DNA of 58,649 nt from Conexivisphaerales archaeon (GTDB taxonomy: Archaea > Thermoproteota > Nitrososphaeria > Conexivisphaerales > UBA164). The notes beneath the pieces were generated by a model, which saw only the letters and a program-made list of their open reading frames with translations, did no database searches and was not told where the DNA came from. The position numbers and the translations under genes were made by a program. The DNA lies in contig JAVBJD010000003.1 of the NCBI GenBank assembly GCA_030756715.1, positions 1 to 58,649 on the forward strand, given 5' to 3'. Positions 54,051 to 58,649 of this stretch are shown in pieces; positions within the stretch are counted from its first letter, which is position 1; every line of letters starts with the position of its first letter.

Positions 54051-56852
54051 TTTTTTAACCTTAAGGAAAGATAGGGATCTTTTTCTTTCAGTTTCCATGA
54101 GCGAATAAAAGAACAGGTCATCGTCTTGAATTGAAGCTAGATCTCCCCTCATAGTTTTAGGTATGTCAAAGCAAAGCGTTATAGCCCCGCGCCTGCCGTA
54201 CTTTTTCAGAAACTCCATTATACTCTTTGCTTCGCTGTAATATTTTTTGTTTCTTGATATGCTTTCCCTTACAAAGTCCTCATCTTCGTCAAGCAGAGCT
54301 ATATCAGTGGAACCGCACTGCTCGCATCTTGGGGGATCCCCAAGATAATAAGGCTGTGCTGTGTATATTGCACCGCATGAGAAACAGTAAACCGTCTTAA
54401 CGCAGCCCAGGCTTCTTGCTCTTCCTCCTTCAGTTATAAGCCTTTTAAGCCTGGCAGGATCGATAACTTCTCCCTGCCTTGCCATTTCTTCTATACCTAT
54501 CAACGCAATCGGGGACGGTTCGGCCAATTCGCCAAGATTTGCGATGGTTTTGTTCCCTCTGATCATATCGCTCACAAGTTCATGGACAGATTTCCAGTCA
54601 AGGTCCTGTTCAAGCATCGTTCTCATGGCCTCATCGTAGACAGGGGTTCCCTTTAGAGTTTCAGCGAGAACCTTTGCTTCTGAAAGGGTTATCATCGTAT
54701 TGGGTTCTATGACCCCCATTTTACGCGCTGCCTGTATGAGCCGTCTTCTAAAAATACCTGTATTTTCACATGACCTTTTTGCAAGGTCTTCAAGATCGTA
54801 GTTCGAGAGGCTCCTTAAGAGCCGTTCGAGAAGCTGCGAATCGGCACCCGGGACTTCAAATATTATCCTGTAGGGGTCGTTCTTTACCTTTACCGGCCTT
54901 GCGGTTTCTTCGCTTATAAGAAGGGCAAGCATCCTTGCCAGAGTTCTGTTTCCAAGAAGGCCTATGTGCGTGTGGACAATCAGGTAAGGATTATGCGATT
55001 CGAGTGTTATTACTCGATCGGATGGTACTTCGAGCCCTCTTTTTACCTGCAAAATTATTTCTGTAAGTGTGTTGTTTGCAGATTCTTCATCCAGAGGAAA
55101 GTTTTCTTTCAGGTACTCGATCGCTTCCTGCACTTTACCGGCTTTAACAAAATCTGCTAGTATTCCTCTTATTCTTCCGACTTCCTGAGCTACCTCCTTT
55201 ATAACCGGGATTTCTTCACCTATCCAGCTCGGTATAGCTCCTAGAGGATCTTTTGCAGGTTTTGCGTATACCCTGTTGTTTATTATGTTGGTTAAGATCC
55301 ATGCACTTCCGGCTAGTATGAACTTGGTTCCAATTTCGCCGTATTCTGAAATAAAGCTTTCATCAAGCTGTCCAACCGGGTCGTTTGTGTCTTCGTTTAT
55401 AACTACATAGTTAACTTCTTCGGGTATCATGCTGAGGTTTGAAAAATAATACTCATATAGGGCTCCAGATCTCTGAGGCTTCATGACAGCCCCTTCTCTG
55501 TATCTGAGAAGAGGCGGTTTCCTTTCAGCCATAAAGTTAATTATTTCGTTGAGATCGCTCGATAGAATGTTTCTGTAAGGGTATGTCTTCTTAAATACTT
55601 CGTAAAGCTCGTCCGCCTTTAAAACAAGGTTCTCCATAAGAAGACCCGCTATCTGCTGCATCATAACGTCCTTTGGTTTTTCTGGAATTATTATAGGCTC
55701 AACTTTACCCTCTTTCCCCATACGGGCTAAAACCGAGGCTTCCAGAGCATCATCTGAGTCCTGCACGATTATGACGCCTTTGCTTACCTTTTTTAGGCTG
55801 TGCCCGCTCCTGCCGGTTCTCTGTATAAGTTTTGAAGCCTGTCTCGGAGAATTGTACTGGACTATCAGGTCAAGGTCGCCTATGTCTATGCCGAGCTCAA
55901 GGCTCGAAGTGCATATGACCCCTGATATTTGGCCGTACTTTATGCCTGACTCAGCCCCGCTCCTTGTTTCGGCAGAAAGGCTTCCGTGATGTATAGCTAC
56001 AGGGTACGAAGGATCTATTATCCTTATTTTGCTTGCCAGAGATTCAGCTTCACTCCTGGTGTTAGTAAAGATCAGAGCTTTCTTACCCTTTACTTCTTTT
56101 AGGAGTTCTTCAAGCCTCACAGTTAAATCTGGAAGTAAAGGTCCTTCCGACGTTTCCTTGGCTTTATGGTATATTATTTTAAATGAAAAGAGCTTCTTTG
56201 GAAACGCAGAAATGACCCTTATCTCTCTATCCTTCCCTACGAGAAATTTTGCAACCTCTTCAGCATTGCCGACTGTAGCGGAAAGGCCTACTATCTGCAT
56301 GCTTCTGCCTGCGAGCTTTTCAAGCCTCTGAAGGCTAACTGCGAGCTGGGTGCCCCTCTTATCATTAGCAAGCTCATGGACTTCATCAACTACCACGTGC
56401 TTTACGTTTTTCAGAAGCTCCCTGAGCTTTTTTGCAACAAGTATTATCTGAAGTGTTTCTGGTGTTGTTATCAGGATGTTCGGAGGAGCGAGGACCTGCT
56501 GTCTCCTTTCTTCTTTGCTCGTGTCACCATGCCTCACAGCCATCCTGAAGTCAAGCTTCTGGGCCCACCAGCTCAGCCTATCTAACAGATCCCTGTTTAA
56601 AGCCCTGAGAGGGGTAACATAAAGAGTCATTAGCCCTCTTTTTCCCTCTCTTAACATAAGCTCAAAAATGGGTAGCATGGCCGCTTCTGTTTTTCCGGAG
56701 CCTGTCGGAGATATCAGAAGTGCGTTTTCTCCGTTAAGAATTGCGGGTATGGCCAGCTTCTGAATGTCCGAAGGCTCCTCCAAACCCTTTTCCTTTAAAA
56801 GAGTTTTTATAGGCTCGCTTAAAATCTCAAAACCCTCTTTATTGTCATACAT
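54039..56852 (-). CDS. lhr: Lhr-family ATP-dependent DEAD/DEAH-box helicase (large archaeal type) with C-terminal zinc ribbon
   Basis: 937 aa. Motifs are 'SPTGSGKTEAA', 'VVVDEVHEL', 'SAT', 'HHGSLS' and 'QRTGRSGH', plus a C-terminal 'CFSCG...CEQCG'. Confidence 0.85.
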   Translation of the reverse strand: MYDNKEGFEILSEPIKTLLKEKGLEEPSDIQKLAIPAILNGENALLISPTGSGKTEAAMLPIFELMLREGKRGLMTLYVTPLRALNRDLLDRLSWWAQKLDFRMAVRHGDTSKEERRQQVLAPPNILITTPETLQIILVAKKLRELLKNVKHVVVDEVHELANDKRGTQLAVSLQRLEKLAGRSMQIVGLSATVGNAEEVAKFLVGKDREIRVISAFPKKLFSFKIIYHKAKETSEGPLLPDLTVRLEELLKEVKGKKALIFTNTRSEAESLASKIRIIDPSYPVAIHHGSLSAETRSGAESGIKYGQISGVICTSSLELGIDIGDLDLIVQYNSPRQASKLIQRTGRSGHSLKKVSKGVIIVQDSDDALEASVLARMGKEGKVEPIIIPEKPKDVMMQQIAGLLMENLVLKADELYEVFKKTYPYRNILSSDLNEIINFMAERKPPLLRYREGAVMKPQRSGALYEYYFSNLSMIPEEVNYVVINEDTNDPVGQLDESFISEYGEIGTKFILAGSAWILTNIINNRVYAKPAKDPLGAIPSWIGEEIPVIKEVAQEVGRIRGILADFVKAGKVQEAIEYLKENFPLDEESANNTLTEIILQVKRGLEVPSDRVITLESHNPYLIVHTHIGLLGNRTLARMLALLISEETARPVKVKNDPYRIIFEVPGADSQLLERLLRSLSNYDLEDLAKRSCENTGIFRRRLIQAARKMGVIEPNTMITLSEAKVLAETLKGTPVYDEAMRTMLEQDLDWKSVHELVSDMIRGNKTIANLGELAEPSPIALIGIEEMARQGEVIDPARLKRLITEGGRARSLGCVKTVYCFSCGAIYTAQPYYLGDPPRCEQCGSTDIALLDEDEDFVRESISRNKKYYSEAKSIMEFLKKYGRRGAITLCFDIPKTMRGDLASIQDDDLFFYSLMETERKRSLSFLKVKKSRS

Positions 56853-57112
56853 TTTACAAGGTTTTAAAAATAACTGATTATATATAAATTATGCAAGATT
56901 ATAAATTGATCTGAATTCCATCAGAAATCTTCTTCATTTTAATTTAAAAATGCGCTTTAAGTTTTTACCAAATGATGCAATAACCTTTAAAACAGTCAAG
57001 GAATTAAAAGTTGTGGGGTCTTTGAACAATGTTCATAATTATGGATTTATTATTCATTAAAAATAAATAATCTTGAAAATAAATAAAATTTGTTCATTAA
57101 AATAGCGCAAGA

Positions 57113-57121
57113 TTTATAAAA
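57113..57121 (+). promoter_or_regulatory. TATA-like box upstream of glnA
   Basis: 'TTTATAAAA' is centred about 30 nt upstream of ATG 57147. Confidence 0.35.
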
Positions 57122-57146
57122 TATTCAAATTTAAATATATGCTATC

Positions 57147-58592
57147 ATGCCGTACATACTAAAAGATGGCGTTAAGATGCCAAAGATAACCACAGTAGAG
57201 GATGTAATGAAATCTCTTGAGGGTTTAAAATTTATCAATATGCAATTCGTGGACCTGAGAGGAAAGCTCCAGCATTTTTCTGTGCCGTCTTATGAAATCA
57301 GCGAGAACTCTCTAAAAGAAGGCTTTCCAAAGGTTGACGGAAGCAGCATAGTTGGTTTTACCAGCATAGAAGATTCAGATCTCGTATTTGTTCCAGACGT
57401 TTCCACTTTTTCAAAAATTCCCTGGAATCAGAAAGAAGGGAGGTTTCTGGGCGGGATAATGTCTGAAATGGGCACTGTTAGGTTGAGCAGCGATTCAAGA
57501 GCTGTTGCTGAAAACGTCCAGAAGTTTTTGAGCGATAAGGGCCAGACCGCCTTCTTTGGACCTGAGGTTGAATTCTTTGTTTTTGACGATGTAAAATTTA
57601 GCGCGCAGAGCGGTTACGAGCAATACTATAGAGTATCCTCTAACGAAGCTCCGTTTTCTGAAAACCCTTTAAAGATGAGAGAAAAGGAAGGGTATTACCC
57701 AGAAACACCAGTGGACTCTCTGGCCGAGTACAGAAGCGCTGTATCTGATTACCTCTTTCAGTTTGGATACGTGCCTCTGATACATCATCACGAAGTTGCT
57801 GCAACTGGCCAGGTCGAAATAAACTTTGAAAAAGAAACCCTGCTAGGAGCGGCTGACGGCATAATAACGATCAAATATGTTGCATCTAACACTGCCCGTT
57901 TGATGGGCAAGTACGCAACGTTTATGCCAAAACCTGTTTTTGGCGAAAACGGGAGCGGGATGCACGTCCACATAAGCATATGGGATGGAGAGGGTTACAC
58001 AGCAAAAAAGAACATGTTTTATGACGAAAACGACAGTTACGCGGAGCTCAGCCAGATGGGCAGGTATTTTGTAGGGGGTCTGCTGGAACACAGCAGATCT
58101 CTTGCAGCCATAGTAGCACCGACAACAAACAGTTACAAAAGGCTTGTGCCAGGTTATGAAGCGCCCACTTTTATAGCGTGGAGCAAGGGCAACAGGAGCG
58201 CAAACGTAAGGATACCGGTTTACAGGAAAGCGGCCCCAGGTGAAAAGAGGGTTGAATTCAGAACGCCGGACCCGAGCTGCAACCCGTACCTTGCGCTTTC
58301 CGCAATACTGCTCGCAGGGATTGATGGGATAAACAAAAAAATAGACCCTGGTAGCCCGGTTGATAAAAACCTGTACGAGCTTTCAGAATCAGAACTAAGA
58401 AACTACAAAGTTAGGAGGCTTCCCGGAAGCTTAAAAGAAGCTCTGGATGAACTGTTATCGGACAATCAATACCTGAAGCCATTCTTTTCAGAAGATCTTA
58501 TAGAAAAGTACGTAGAGATAAAGCGCAGCGAGTATCATTCGGTTGAAGCAAGGCCGCATCCTTATGAATACAAACTTTACTTCGACTTTTGA
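57147..58592 (+). CDS. glnA: glutamine synthetase type I
   Basis: 481 aa with 'FGPEVEFFVFD', 'MPKPVFGENGSGMHVHISIW', 'NSYKRLVPGYEAP' and 'RVEFRTPDPSCNPYLA'. ATG 57177 is an alternative start. Confidence 0.9.
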   Translation: MPYILKDGVKMPKITTVEDVMKSLEGLKFINMQFVDLRGKLQHFSVPSYEISENSLKEGFPKVDGSSIVGFTSIEDSDLVFVPDVSTFSKIPWNQKEGRFLGGIMSEMGTVRLSSDSRAVAENVQKFLSDKGQTAFFGPEVEFFVFDDVKFSAQSGYEQYYRVSSNEAPFSENPLKMREKEGYYPETPVDSLAEYRSAVSDYLFQFGYVPLIHHHEVAATGQVEINFEKETLLGAADGIITIKYVASNTARLMGKYATFMPKPVFGENGSGMHVHISIWDGEGYTAKKNMFYDENDSYAELSQMGRYFVGGLLEHSRSLAAIVAPTTNSYKRLVPGYEAPTFIAWSKGNRSANVRIPVYRKAAPGEKRVEFRTPDPSCNPYLALSAILLAGIDGINKKIDPGSPVDKNLYELSESELRNYKVRRLPGSLKEALDELLSDNQYLKPFFSEDLIEKYVEIKRSEYHSVEARPHPYEYKLYFDF

Positions 58593-58649
58593 ATTTAAAA
58601 AGCCCTTATAAAATTTTACTTATCGCAAGTAACGATAAGCTGCTCTTCT

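Noticed and set aside
1-58649. A search by eye for tRNA, rRNA, C/D-box sRNA, CRISPR repeats, transposases, integrases and terminal inverted repeats.
   Set aside because: No GC-rich cloverleaf-like stretch, no regularly spaced repeats and no recombinase-like ORF were found. All spacers are short and AT-rich. This absence is based on manual reading only. tRNAscan, Infernal or CRISPR tools would be decisive.

Overview
This window looks like a compact archaeal chromosomal segment. Gene content points to a Thermoplasmata/Thermoplasmatales-like euryarchaeon: archaeal-type SAM synthetase, Pth2, SRP19, a RadB-like protein, UPF0147, the HMG-CoA synthase/thiolase/DUF35 trio, and a glucose dehydrogenase closely resembling the remembered Thermoplasma enzyme. 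By eye the sequence is roughly 40% G+C (not computed) with very AT-rich spacers. I call about 59 protein-coding genes. Coding density is very high, with many 1-4 nt co-directional overlaps and five convergent 3' overlaps. TATA-like boxes sit about 25-30 nt upstream of several start codons, which suggests leaderless mRNAs. I found no rRNA, tRNA, CRISPR array, transposase or integrase.

Recognisable blocks:
- an Fe3+/thiamine-type ABC transporter
- UDG plus an MBL hydrolase
- an ESCRT-III-like gene next to ScpB
- a divergent FdrA-DUF1116 / OMPDC-like-DUF2877-MoaD-like cluster
- Pth2 and TruD
- a surface glycoprotein plus an MFS transporter
- a disrupted CPA2-CBS antiporter
- a NADH oxidase, HTH-CBS regulator, SAM synthetase and MTHFR-like gene string
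- ilvBNC-leuAB
- the mevalonate-entry trio
- a large sugar island: GH15, debranching enzyme, the full non-phosphorylative Entner-Doudoroff upper pathway, and split DhaK/DhaL
- HtpX, SRP19, an F420 gene pair, AspRS, an Lhr helicase and glutamine synthetase

The candidates most worth follow-up are:
- the FdrA/DUF1116/DUF2877 module in a new context, with a beta-grasp protein ending in GG-Cys
- the ED island with a PTS-less split DhaKL, a possible triokinase branch
- the HTH-CBS regulator translationally coupled to SAM synthetase
- the DUF35 gene, whose zinc ribbon is encoded without any canonical start codon
- a RadB-like paralog with a broken P-loop

All family assignments come from reading motifs by eye and need HMM or BLAST confirmation.
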